This document shows positions 9,688-18,426 of a DNA stretch of 64,000 nucleotides, piece after piece. Where the stretch lies: positions 17,615-81,614 of the forward strand of contig CAWJAC010000005.1 in the NCBI GenBank assembly GCA_963840745.1, read 5' to 3'. How positions within the stretch are numbered: position 1 is the stretch's first letter; each line of letters opens with the position of its first letter. Position numbers and translations under genes: made by a program. A model generated the notes under the pieces. The model did no database searches. It was not told the origin of the DNA and saw only the letters and a program-made list of their open reading frames with translations. Source of the stretch: Candidatus Zambryskiibacteriota bacterium. GTDB lineage: Bacteria > Patescibacteriota > Minisyncoccia > Phycocordibacterales > WO2-35-19.

Positions 9688-9764
9688 TTTTTGAAAGAAA
9701 TCTTTTATGCAGACGTATAAATAAGTGTGGGTCGATAATTAATCGATAAAAACTATGAACTTTT

Positions 9765-9797
9765 ACAAAAGAGGCCACTAGGGTCTCTTTTGTTATC
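9765..9797 (+). terminator. rho-independent terminator-like hairpin
   Basis: Perfect 9-bp inverted repeat ACAAAAGAG/CTCTTTTGT with an 11-nt loop, followed by a T-rich tract. Confidence 0.5.
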
Positions 9798-9920
9798 TAT
9801 GAAAGATTTACGCGTATTGAAATGTATTATCTAATGAAGCGGCCTGCAACTAATTGCTTCCGCTTCTCGTATATATCATAAAGGTTCATAGGTTATTAAT
9901 TACATAATCTTAAATTACAA

Positions 9921-10667
9921 ATGAAAAATAAAATTGGAATAATTGTAATCAGCTCTGCTATGCTTGGCCCTCTCCTTATAGGAAGTGTCGCGTTTGCGGC
10001 TGATTATGGTCTTGGAAATAGCGGTATAGGAAGTCGTGCTCCGGGTATTTTCGGTACTGTTTCTGTAATAAACGGTACAAATCTCACGGTAACTAGCAAA
10101 GGTTTCGGCCAAAATACGACTCAGACCACTTACACCGTTGATGCAACAAATGCAACTGTTACTAAAAACGGTACCACTTCAACTATTGGAAATGTAGTTG
10201 TGGGTGACACGGTATCTGTGCAGGGTACGGTTAATGGGACAAATGTTACCGCAACAACAATTCGCGATGGTGTGATTGGCCGTAAAGGTATGCGAGGAGG
10301 GCAGAATAATGTGCCAAAAACACCGATTATTCAAGGAAATGGCCAGCCGGTTGTCGGCGGTACCATAGCTTCCATAAGCGGGACAACTTTGACGGTGACT
10401 AACGCCAGCAATGTTACGTATACAGTTGACGCCTCTTCGGCCACTATTGTAAAAGGTAACGCCACATCAACAATCTCAAACATAAGTGTTGGCGATAGAG
10501 TTGTAGTACAAGGTACAGTAAATAGCACTTCTATTACCGCTTCTTCAGTCATTGACCAGGGAGTCGCGCCAAGCAATACAAATTCAACAGGTTCTTCTAA
10601 TCAAAATGGGGGAGGTTTCTTTGGAGCTGTCAGAGGATTCTTCCATAGAATGTTCGGGTTCTTCTAG
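9921..10667 (+). CDS. secreted DUF5666-like repeat protein (two ~45-aa internal repeats)
   Basis: 248 aa with a signal peptide. Repeats 'TYTVDATNATVTKNGTTSTIGNVVVGDTVSVQGTVNGTNVTATTI' and 'TYTVDASSATIVKGNATSTISNISVGDRVVVQGTVNSTSITASSV'. Gly/Phe-rich C-terminus. Confidence 0.6.
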   Translation: MKNKIGIIVISSAMLGPLLIGSVAFAADYGLGNSGIGSRAPGIFGTVSVINGTNLTVTSKGFGQNTTQTTYTVDATNATVTKNGTTSTIGNVVVGDTVSVQGTVNGTNVTATTIRDGVIGRKGMRGGQNNVPKTPIIQGNGQPVVGGTIASISGTTLTVTNASNVTYTVDASSATIVKGNATSTISNISVGDRVVVQGTVNSTSITASSVIDQGVAPSNTNSTGSSNQNGGGFFGAVRGFFHRMFGFF

Positions 10668-10947
10668 TAACAATAATCTTTTGAAAGAAGTCTCTATTAG
10701 TGTACGTACAAATAAGTAGAGGTCGAGGATTATAAATAATATTCTGAGGCTAAAAGCTATATTGATTGGTGAGTGAACGAAATTTAATCAATTATAAATA
10801 TAGTCAGCGGACATTAAGCATCTTCAAGTTTGTTGTATCTAATACGGCTCGCTTGTTAGACAGCTCGTTCTAAGACTTAAAGGTTCGTCAAAATTCAACC
10901 AGTTAATTAAGCCAAAAAAAATAACATGTGATTGAATACATGATTTT

Positions 10948-10983
10948 ACAAAAGAAGCTTCTCCCGAGGCTTCTTTTGTTATG
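10948..10983 (+). terminator. terminator-like hairpin, paralogous to 9765-9797
   Basis: 11-bp inverted repeat ACAAAAGAAGC/GCTTCTTTTGT with a 10-nt loop, then a T-rich tract. Stem changes relative to the copy at 9765 are compensatory. Confidence 0.45.
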
Positions 10984-11030
10984 TGTAATTTTTACTAAAT
11001 TAAAAAAATATGTTAGTCTTGTGTTGTAAT

Positions 11031-11101
11031 TGGGAGGTCGTCTAACGGTAGGACAACAGCCTTTGAAGCTGTGTATGAAGGTCCGATTCCTTCCCTCCCA
11101 G
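11031..11101 (+). tRNA. tRNA-Gln (anticodon UUG)
   Basis: Manual fold. Acceptor TGGGAGG/CCTCCCA. D-arm GTCT/GGAC. Anticodon stem ACAGC/GCTGT with loop CTTTGAA (anticodon TTG). 4-nt variable loop. T-arm GAAGG-TCCGATT-CCTTC. Discriminator G. CCA is not encoded. Confidence 0.85.
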
Positions 11102-12550
11102 CATTTGAGATAAAGTGCCATTTTTGGGTGCTTTATACATCACATCAAACGGAGTTTTAAGTTTAATTTGAGCCACATTTTTATCTTTGAAAGAAAGGTT
11201 CCAACATAGATTTTCTACAATATTTCTTTTTTTGAAATCATCAGCATCTAAAAATTCTTTCATGGCTCTGTTGCCTTGTAGAAAAGCATTTTTAGTCGGT
11301 TCCAACATAGAAGCTGGTTGTCTGTTTTTTAATTCTTGGATCTGCTTGTCTAGAGATATTCTGTCATTGTGAATACCCAACATTTTTTGGTCGTATATTT
11401 CCTTTGAAATCTGATCAGCAAGGAAAGTATCGAGTAATTTGTTTTCTTTCGTTTTAAGCGATTCTAGTGAGCTTTGGAGGGTAGCTAAGGCAGTGTCAAA
11501 GTATTCGGTATCTAAGCCTGCTTTCTCTTTGGCCGCTTTGTACATAAGTTCAATTTTACGTTCAGAGAAAGCCAAATTACCGAGAATATTGGCAAAAATA
11601 CTATAAAGATAAGTTTCTCTCATATAGCTTTTATGTTCTTCGCATTTCTCTTTTCTGTTGGTGCAGTAGTAATAATGATGTCCTTTTTTAAGAGAAGAGG
11701 TTAAAGCACAACCGCAATTTTCACACTTTAGGAATCCTCTTAAGGGGAAGAATAATCTTTTGGTTTTTGGTCTTGATTTATCGGCTAACAATTCTTGAGC
11801 TTTGTCATAATCAGATTTTGAAATTAATGGTTCGTGATTGCCGTTATAATATTTTCCATCTCTAACCATAATACCTGCGTAAAAAGGGGACGATAAAATT
11901 CGGCTGATGTGGCTTATCAAAACTTTCTTTCCCGATTTTGTTCGCAATCCTTCGTCAAACAAAATTCTGGCAACATCTCTGTATCCATAACTGCCAGTCA
12001 AATATAATTCATAAGCTCTTTTTACATACTTGGAACGGACAGGGTCAATGATTATTGTTTTTTTAGCTTTGTCATTCAAATATCCGAACGGAGCTTGATT
12101 AGGCCATTCACCACGAGCAAGTTTTTCTCTGTTTCCTCGTTTAACATTTACACTTAAATCTCTGATATATTGGTTTGCCATTGCTTGCTCAATGCTCATA
12201 AGCAAAACATTGTCGTTTGGATAATATGATTTTTCAAAAGTTCTAATGCATTTAATTTTATTATTTTGCAGTAGCCACTGAATTTGTCCGCCATCAACGG
12301 GATTTCTGGTTAAGCGATCAATTTTCCAACAGAGAATAGCGTCAGCTTTACCGGCAGAAAGCATTTTTATCATTTCGTTAAAAATGGGGCGACCGGGCTC
12401 TTTGGCAGATTTGCTTTCTCTTAATATTTTTACTATCTCAAAATTTTCTTTTTGAGCTATTTCTTTAAGTTCGTTTTCTTGTGAATCCAAGGACAAAACC
12501 TGTTTGTCTTCTGTATCAGTAGATTTCCGGCAATAGATTAGATATTTCAT
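11042..12550 (-). CDS. large serine recombinase (integrase)
   Basis: 502 aa. N-terminal resolvase catalytic domain 'YCRKSTDTEDKQVLSLDSQ', recombinase domain, zinc ribbon 'CENCGCALTS...YYYC', C-terminal coiled coil. The 3' end of the ORF runs antisense through tRNA-Gln. Confidence 0.85.
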   Translation of the reverse strand: MKYLIYCRKSTDTEDKQVLSLDSQENELKEIAQKENFEIVKILRESKSAKEPGRPIFNEMIKMLSAGKADAILCWKIDRLTRNPVDGGQIQWLLQNNKIKCIRTFEKSYYPNDNVLLMSIEQAMANQYIRDLSVNVKRGNREKLARGEWPNQAPFGYLNDKAKKTIIIDPVRSKYVKRAYELYLTGSYGYRDVARILFDEGLRTKSGKKVLISHISRILSSPFYAGIMVRDGKYYNGNHEPLISKSDYDKAQELLADKSRPKTKRLFFPLRGFLKCENCGCALTSSLKKGHHYYYCTNRKEKCEEHKSYMRETYLYSIFANILGNLAFSERKIELMYKAAKEKAGLDTEYFDTALATLQSSLESLKTKENKLLDTFLADQISKEIYDQKMLGIHNDRISLDKQIQELKNRQPASMLEPTKNAFLQGNRAMKEFLDADDFKKRNIVENLCWNLSFKDKNVAQIKLKTPFDVMYKAPKNGTLSQMLGGKESDLHTQLQRLLSYR

Positions 12551-13371
12551 GTTAGATAACTTTTATTAATAAACCCTATCACATCTTCCTTTAAATCAGA
12601 AAGTTCGGAAAGGTTCATAACTTCATATTGAATTTTACCCTGATAATCTGTATCAATTTCCTTACTGAATTCTGGCTTTATATTATTAAGTTTTTCCTCA
12701 ATTTTGGAAGCTAAAACTTCATCTCTTATAACAATCGGTCGGAAAAGATTTCTACTAGGAAAATATCTTTTATGCCCCTCAAGTCTTGGATCAATGAAAT
12801 CTTTGGACATATACTTAGTCATGTATAATCCGATATTTCTAACTTGCTCAATATTGCGTATTTTTATAAATCCATGCTCCCAAATTTTGGCTAATTCATC
12901 TTTATCAAACCAATGCAAATTAAAATATACTGAATGAAAATGTTCAGCTCCTCTTTTCTGAAATTCTGGGTTAGTAACATATTTTAAATGATTTGTTTTT
13001 TCTCCAGTCAGATAATAATTAAATCTTTTCAAAAAATTTGTATACATTTTATTTCCTTGCTCTAAATCAGTTATGTTTTCTGCAAAAGTTAAAGTTATAA
13101 ATTTTGGCTGATAAATTTTACCATCCGGATCAGACCACTGTCTTGCATTAGCATTAATGAGACGCGTCAGATTTTTTCTTGTCCTGTACAAAGATCTAGC
13201 TTTCATTAAATCCTTTTCCTCTTGAGTTTTAACCCTGTCGGAATCAGAATGTTTTTCCGGAGCTTCAAAACCATAAAAAACCGGCTCCTCATATTTGTAA
13301 GTTTCTACAATATCACCGGATATAACCACTTTAATTTTTGTCCTCATCGTATTAAGTGTGATATTAATCAA
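12547..13371 (-). CDS. HUH-superfamily rolling-circle replication initiator (phiX174/Microviridae gpA-like Rep)
   Basis: 274 aa. Motif I 'FITLTF', motif II 'HFHSVYF', motif III with two Tyr 'LYMTKYMSK' (compare phiX174 'YVAKYVNK'). Confidence 0.75.
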   Translation of the reverse strand: MINITLNTMRTKIKVVISGDIVETYKYEEPVFYGFEAPEKHSDSDRVKTQEEKDLMKARSLYRTRKNLTRLINANARQWSDPDGKIYQPKFITLTFAENITDLEQGNKMYTNFLKRFNYYLTGEKTNHLKYVTNPEFQKRGAEHFHSVYFNLHWFDKDELAKIWEHGFIKIRNIEQVRNIGLYMTKYMSKDFIDPRLEGHKRYFPSRNLFRPIVIRDEVLASKIEEKLNNIKPEFSKEIDTDYQGKIQYEVMNLSELSDLKEDVIGFINKSYLT

Positions 13372-13373
13372 GT

Positions 13374-13661
13374 CTAAAGAGGCGGCTCATTTTGTCGCGG
13401 GGCTTTAATGCCCGCTCCAAAATCCGCCGCCGACTTTTTACCCGAGTATGCCAAAAACAAACCAGCCAAAGAATTTAAATATTCTTCGGCTTGTTCTAGA
13501 GACAAATCTAAATTATCTTCTTCCTTGAAGACTTTAATTGTTTCGTCTATAAGTTCCTTGGAGAATGTGGCATTTAGAATATCTCCCTTATCGAGAGATA
13601 AAGATTGCCTTAAATTTTTTGGCAAGGACATCTGATTGGCCCATGCCCACACTAAATGCAA
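13374..13661 (-). CDS. hypothetical protein (mobile-element associated)
   Basis: 95 aa ORF co-oriented with and abutting the Rep gene. No recognisable motifs. Confidence 0.35.
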   Translation of the reverse strand: MHLVWAWANQMSLPKNLRQSLSLDKGDILNATFSKELIDETIKVFKEEDNLDLSLEQAEEYLNSLAGLFLAYSGKKSAADFGAGIKAPRQNEPPL

Positions 13662-13813
13662 CTACAACAGATTAAATTGTATTACGCTGAAAAAAGTTTG
13701 CAAGTTTACTGCACACGAAAATGATGCCGTGATATTCAATAAAAAAATAGAAAATTTTGCCTTAAAAATACATTTGTTTTAATTCGTGTCATATGTGATA
13801 CTTATGATTATTA

Positions 13814-14646
13814 ATGCCAATATCTACTTTAAACAAACCAATGGTAAAAATTAACAGGATTTCAAAACCATATTTTCATCATGATGGCAGAATTGCTATT
13901 TACAACGATGATATTTTAAAATTTACAAAAATACCAGATGGTTCCGTTGATCTGATCATTACATCACCACCTTACAATGTGGACATTCACTATAACTCAC
14001 ATGCAGATAATTTGAGCTATGAAGACTATTTGGAGTTCACGACAAAATGGATTAAAAGATGTTTTGAGTTAACTAAAAATGAGGGTCGTCTTTGTTTGAA
14101 TATTCCACTTGATAAAAATAAAGGCGGACAAAAATCTGTCGGTGCAGATATTACAAAAATTGCAAAAGATGTCGGCTGGAAATACCACTCAACAATTATT
14201 TGGAATGAGGGAAACATATCCCGCCGAACGGCTTGGGGTTCGTTTATGTCTGCCTCTGCCCCATATGTTATCGCACCTGTGGAATTGATTTTAATTTTAT
14301 ATAAAGATAGCTGGAAGAAAAATGGTGGGAGTAGAAAAAATGACATAACGAAACAGGAATTTATGGACTGGACTAATGGAGTTTGGACATTCAATGGCCA
14401 AAGCAAAAAAGGAGCTGGTGGACATCCGGCGGCTTTTCCAATTGAATTACCTAGGCGTTGTATCAAATTATTTAGTTTTATTGATGATATTGTGTTTGAC
14501 CCGTTTCTGGGGAGTGGTTCACTCTTATTGCTTCATATTTGAATAATCGCAAAGGTATGGGTGTTGATATTGATAAAGAATATTGCGATATTGCTATAAG
14601 TCGTTTAAAAGAGGAGGGTAAAATTAATCAGCCAATATTAATGTAA
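13814..14646 (+). CDS. beta-class N6-adenine/N4-cytosine DNA methyltransferase with a -1 frameshift near 14519-14521
   Basis: Motif IV 'DLIITSPPY' precedes motif I 'DPFLGSGS'. The ORF stops at 14542, but the neighbouring frame continues 'TLIASYLNNRKGMGVDIDKEYCDIAISRL...' to 14646, the expected MTase C-terminus. One nucleotide appears to be missing. Confidence 0.75.
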
Positions 14647-14651
14647 TTATC

Positions 14652-15254
14652 ATGAAAAAGAAAAATGAGAAGAAAGATAATAATGTTCAAAAAAATCTCA
14701 TAGTTGAGTTTTTCAAGAAAAATCCAAACAGAGATATAAAACATCCAGAGGTTGTTGACTGGGTTGTCGCAACATATAAAAAACGAACTGGTAATGTATT
14801 CCGAGACCCAGATAGAGCAGTTCGCAGTCTGGCACAAAAAGGATTTTTAATAAAAGTTGCTAAAGGAATTTATCGCTATGACCCCGAAAAAGAATTTCTA
14901 CGAGAATTACAAGATTTTACATCGGCACAAAAAGAAGAAATTTTAAAAAGAGACGGGTATAAATGTGTAATATGTGGTAGAGGAAAAGCAGACGGGATGG
15001 AACTTCATGTTGACCATATAAAACCAAAAGATTTTGGAGGTGAAGCAACAATTGAAAACGGCCAAACATTATGCTCACAACATAATTTTATAAAGAAAAA
15101 TCTCAAACAAACGGAAACAGGAAAGAAAATGTTTATCCGTTTATATGAATTGGCAAAAAGCGAAAATAACCCCGAGTTGGTAAAATTTTGTGCTGATGTA
15201 TTGGAGACCTATGAAAAACACAACATAAACGGGCATATTGTTTGGAATAAATAA
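14652..15254 (+). CDS. HNH endonuclease (putative Type II restriction endonuclease partner of the methyltransferase)
   Basis: 200 aa. 'CVICGRG...HVDHIKPKDFGG...NGQTLCSQHN' HNH motif with an N-terminal DNA-binding-like domain. Lies 6 nt downstream of the MTase frame end. Confidence 0.7.
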   Translation: MKKKNEKKDNNVQKNLIVEFFKKNPNRDIKHPEVVDWVVATYKKRTGNVFRDPDRAVRSLAQKGFLIKVAKGIYRYDPEKEFLRELQDFTSAQKEEILKRDGYKCVICGRGKADGMELHVDHIKPKDFGGEATIENGQTLCSQHNFIKKNLKQTETGKKMFIRLYELAKSENNPELVKFCADVLETYEKHNINGHIVWNK

Positions 15255-15541
15255 TTATGAAATAGAAATAAAATTTTGTTTGGAAATTTAAATAGTTATT
15301 ATGCAAACCACAACAATTTTAGATTTAATAAGAATACTGCTTTCTTGGCCACCCGTTGGAGCAATTGTTTTTTTCTTTTTTGTTTATAAGTTTGGGGGTT
15401 CAATTAAGATTTTTCTTGAAACACATGAACTAACAGGGGGCAGGACCGGTTAATGTTCAACAAAAACAGCCTAACCATTCTTCAGAAAGAGATTCAAATA
15501 ATGATTCTGTTATAGAAAATCCCGAATTAGAAAAAGAGAAA

Positions 15542-15907
15542 TTGAAAAAAGAAATAGATGACCTAAAAATAAAGGTTGAGAATGAGTCTAGGGGTAAAAA
15601 AAATCTAGAAGAACTTTTTGGTGTACAGCAAAGACTAACTGAAATAAATGAATTTTCATATCTAGCTTTATTTTTTGTTGATCAAACAAAGAGAGTTTTA
15701 AAATGGTTTTATGATTCAAAAAGTAATCAAACCATCACCAAAGAATCATTTAACCAATTATGGTTGCCATTTATTACAGATTTGAACCAAAGAGAGGTTA
15801 TTTTTACTCTTTTAAATGCTTACGGAATGATATCAGGTGTTCTTGGGGGAGCATTTGTTATTACAGAAAAAGGTGAACGATTTTTAAAATCTATAAATTT
15901 TATTTAA
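15542..15907 (+). CDS. hypothetical protein
   Basis: 121 aa ORF with a TTG start. The reading frame is open further upstream with no in-frame ATG. No motifs. Confidence 0.3.
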   Translation: MKKEIDDLKIKVENESRGKKNLEELFGVQQRLTEINEFSYLALFFVDQTKRVLKWFYDSKSNQTITKESFNQLWLPFITDLNQREVIFTLLNAYGMISGVLGGAFVITEKGERFLKSINFI

Positions 15908-16101
15908 TTAAACAGGTTCCAACTTCGTACCAGACGGCCAGCCACAGTCAGCGAGGTGTAGAGCAGACCGGAGAGCCTTATTTTGAGCAATATTTCTAGA
16001 ACTACTAAAATTCGTCCATGATGGGTAGAAATTACTAAAATGCAAAATGTGTTTCAAAATAAAGAAAAAGCGAGATTCGATTCCTAGAAACATAAAATGC
16101 T

Positions 16102-17139
16102 ATGATTGAAGATATGAAAAACCAACACAGTAAGGTCTGGACGTGGACGCTCATCGTACTCGCACTACTTGTCGTCGGCGGGGGAGTATATTTTCTCATC
16201 CACCAGCAAACATATTCGCCAGCAGACACTGCTACAACTACTTCGCCCGTAACAGCCAACACCTATGGGATGGTCCAATACACCGATCCGGATTTCAATT
16301 TCAGCTTCTGGTACCCAAGCTCTTGGCAAATTCTTCCGACGACCACGAAGAATACGACGTCGTTTCCAGGTGGCACCTTGGTAAAGACATTGCAGATTGG
16401 TTCGGCAGGCGGTGTCACAATCAGCATCGTCAATTCTCCAAACCAAACAATCACCGATGAGCCAAACATCCACGCAAGCCCGATTGCTCAGACGAAATAT
16501 TTCTATGACTCAGCGTCGAAACAATGGATGGTCGCATATCCCGAGGGAACAAATTCGGGGACGGAGGCCACGACCACTGCAAATATTTCGAATACAACGA
16601 TAGCAGGTCTCGTTATGCTTCCAAGCGGTCGTCGTTTTGATACAAGCATAATTCCCTTAAGCACAACGAACTTTCTCGTCGTGAGTGATGGAGGAGGAAG
16701 CAATGCTACGGTTCTCGCAAAAACTATTTCATTTGCGGGAAGCTCTGTCAGTTCTTCAGTCCTATCCGCTACATTACAGACGGAAGCGAATACCTATACA
16801 GACACAAGTACCGCTTCCAACATTCAGCAACTGAATGCGCCTGGAAGCGTATCGCTCCAACAAGGCGGCATCGCTGAAATTCGAAACAAAAGTTTTTACT
16901 TCACTCTACAAAGCCTCTCATCGTCTTTAGCCACAATCCAAATCACGCCAGTCGGATGCTGGAATTCCTTCCCGTCGGACACGCCGCCTAAGATTCGTTG
17001 TATGATCGCTGTCATGCCTATACCGCCGCAAACGCTTTCTGTCGGCCAAACGTATAGTGCCGCGAACTATAGCATTACACTCACGCAAATTAGCAACGGC
17101 ACGGCAACATTTTCAGTGGGTGCGCCATCGGCGATTTAG
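16102..17139 (+). CDS. secreted/membrane-anchored Thr/Ser-rich protein of unknown function (GC-rich, likely horizontally acquired)
   Basis: 345 aa, N-terminal TM helix. Local GC ~50% against a ~38% background, producing many spurious overlapping ORFs on both strands. Confidence 0.55.
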   Translation: MIEDMKNQHSKVWTWTLIVLALLVVGGGVYFLIHQQTYSPADTATTTSPVTANTYGMVQYTDPDFNFSFWYPSSWQILPTTTKNTTSFPGGTLVKTLQIGSAGGVTISIVNSPNQTITDEPNIHASPIAQTKYFYDSASKQWMVAYPEGTNSGTEATTTANISNTTIAGLVMLPSGRRFDTSIIPLSTTNFLVVSDGGGSNATVLAKTISFAGSSVSSSVLSATLQTEANTYTDTSTASNIQQLNAPGSVSLQQGGIAEIRNKSFYFTLQSLSSSLATIQITPVGCWNSFPSDTPPKIRCMIAVMPIPPQTLSVGQTYSAANYSITLTQISNGTATFSVGAPSAI

Positions 17140-17185
17140 TAAGGAAGAATAAGGAAAAGATGGGTCTTTTTTAATTGAATATCAT

Positions 17186-18190
17186 ATGAACAACTTAAAA
17201 AAAATAGGCGTTGCATTTCTGATTCTTGTTATCCTTGTAAGCATAGCATTTTCACTCCCCAAAATACTTATATTTACAATACAGCAGGAACAGAAGCAGA
17301 TTGTTTCCGAATCGACCCAGCAATTTCCCATCACTGTTGACCCAAAAAATAAAACTATCGTCCAAAATAAACAGGTAGATGCTTTCCTTTCAAATAATCA
17401 TTCTCTTTTTGAAGCGGCGGCGGCAAATACCGGAGACGCTTTGTGGAAGATGTTTGAACAAATCGCGATAGCTATTTCAAAAATTCCCTGGTATCAAAAT
17501 ACCGCTAGTGTTGGTGGCCAGTTCGTTGAAATCAAACCCGGCCTACGCAAAGAGCAGGTGGCAAATGTCTTCGCAGCAACACTCGGATGGAATAGCAAAC
17601 AAAAGCAGGAATTTGTTACATCTTCAAGCAATTCATTATCTCTGTTATCCGAAGGATCATTATCACCGGGTGTTTATTTCGTGCCATTAGGTATGAAGCC
17701 CAAAGAAGTGCAAGCAATGATCGGTGAACGCTTCTCCAAAGATGTCCTTTCTCATTATGGAACTTCGACTCAGGAAATATTACCGTTAAATGATGCTCTC
17801 ATTATAGCCTCACTCATTCAACGCGAAACAATAGGAACAAATGATATGCGGCTCATCTCCGGCATCATGTGGAACAGACTTTTTGCCAACATGAATCTTC
17901 AAATAGATGCGACCCTTCAATACGCGAAGGCCAATAAAACTAAAACTGGAAACTGGTGGCCAACAATCGTACCCGCGGATAAATTTATTAAATCGCCTTA
18001 CAACACTTATATGAATCCCGGTTTGCCTCCGGCTCCAATCGCAAGCCCCGGAGTGGCTGCAGTGTTAGCGGCTCTCAATCCGATAAAAACTTCTTGCTTA
18101 TTTTATTTCAGTGATAAGGCAGGAGGGCTTCATTGTAGTGCAACTTATGCCGAACATGTAAAGCTTTTGAAACAATATTACGGAAACTAA
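17186..18190 (+). CDS. YceG/MltG-family endolytic transglycosylase-like protein (paralog 1)
   Basis: 334 aa, N-terminal TM helix. 'YNTYMNPGLPPAPIASPGVAAVLAALNP' matches the MltG signature. Paralogous to 49436..50520. Confidence 0.7.
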   Translation: MNNLKKIGVAFLILVILVSIAFSLPKILIFTIQQEQKQIVSESTQQFPITVDPKNKTIVQNKQVDAFLSNNHSLFEAAAANTGDALWKMFEQIAIAISKIPWYQNTASVGGQFVEIKPGLRKEQVANVFAATLGWNSKQKQEFVTSSSNSLSLLSEGSLSPGVYFVPLGMKPKEVQAMIGERFSKDVLSHYGTSTQEILPLNDALIIASLIQRETIGTNDMRLISGIMWNRLFANMNLQIDATLQYAKANKTKTGNWWPTIVPADKFIKSPYNTYMNPGLPPAPIASPGVAAVLAALNPIKTSCLFYFSDKAGGLHCSATYAEHVKLLKQYYGN

Positions 18191-18201
18191 AATATGATAT
18201 A

Positions 18202-18408
18202 ATGGCTGAAAGGTCAATTTACTTAATTAACTTCAATTATAAAAATATGATAAAAGGAAATTTTATTGGTGCGGCGATTGTTGCAATAATCTACACGATT
18301 TATATTTTAATGAATCCTAGCGCAATGCACTCGAAAACAGCATTTGTATTAGCGTTAGTGATTCTTAACGCTTTGACTATCGTGCTCATGTCTTTTGCGT
18401 TCAAATGA
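18202..18408 (+). CDS. small membrane protein (hypothetical)
   Basis: 68 aa with two hydrophobic helices. Confidence 0.3.
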   Translation: MAERSIYLINFNYKNMIKGNFIGAAIVAIIYTIYILMNPSAMHSKTAFVLALVILNALTIVLMSFAFK

Positions 18409-18426
18409 TACAAAGTTGAAAAATGT

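Larger units (their letters stand above)
11031..16100. mobile_element. putative integrated element at tRNA-Gln carrying serine recombinase, RCR Rep, a Type II R-M pair and cargo (right boundary uncertain, 15.3-17.15 kb)
   Basis: Co-localisation of integrase, HUH Rep, MTase+HNH, tRNA adjacency and a GC-rich gene immediately downstream. Confidence 0.55.

Noticed and set aside
11042-11101. C-terminal ~20 codons of the serine recombinase ORF running antisense through tRNA-Gln
   Set aside because: This may simply be a stop-free antisense stretch, and the true recombinase C-terminus could lie earlier. It is kept as annotated but not over-interpreted.
16082-16089. 8-nt match 'cgattcct' to the tRNA-Gln T-arm as a candidate attR
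   Set aside because: An 8-mer is expected by chance about twice in 64 kb, and no longer flanking identity exists. The right boundary is left undefined.
16143-16703. Cluster of six ORFs of 66-105 aa on both strands
   Set aside because: They lie inside the GC-rich 16102..17139 gene. Elevated GC suppresses stop codons in all frames, and none has motifs.
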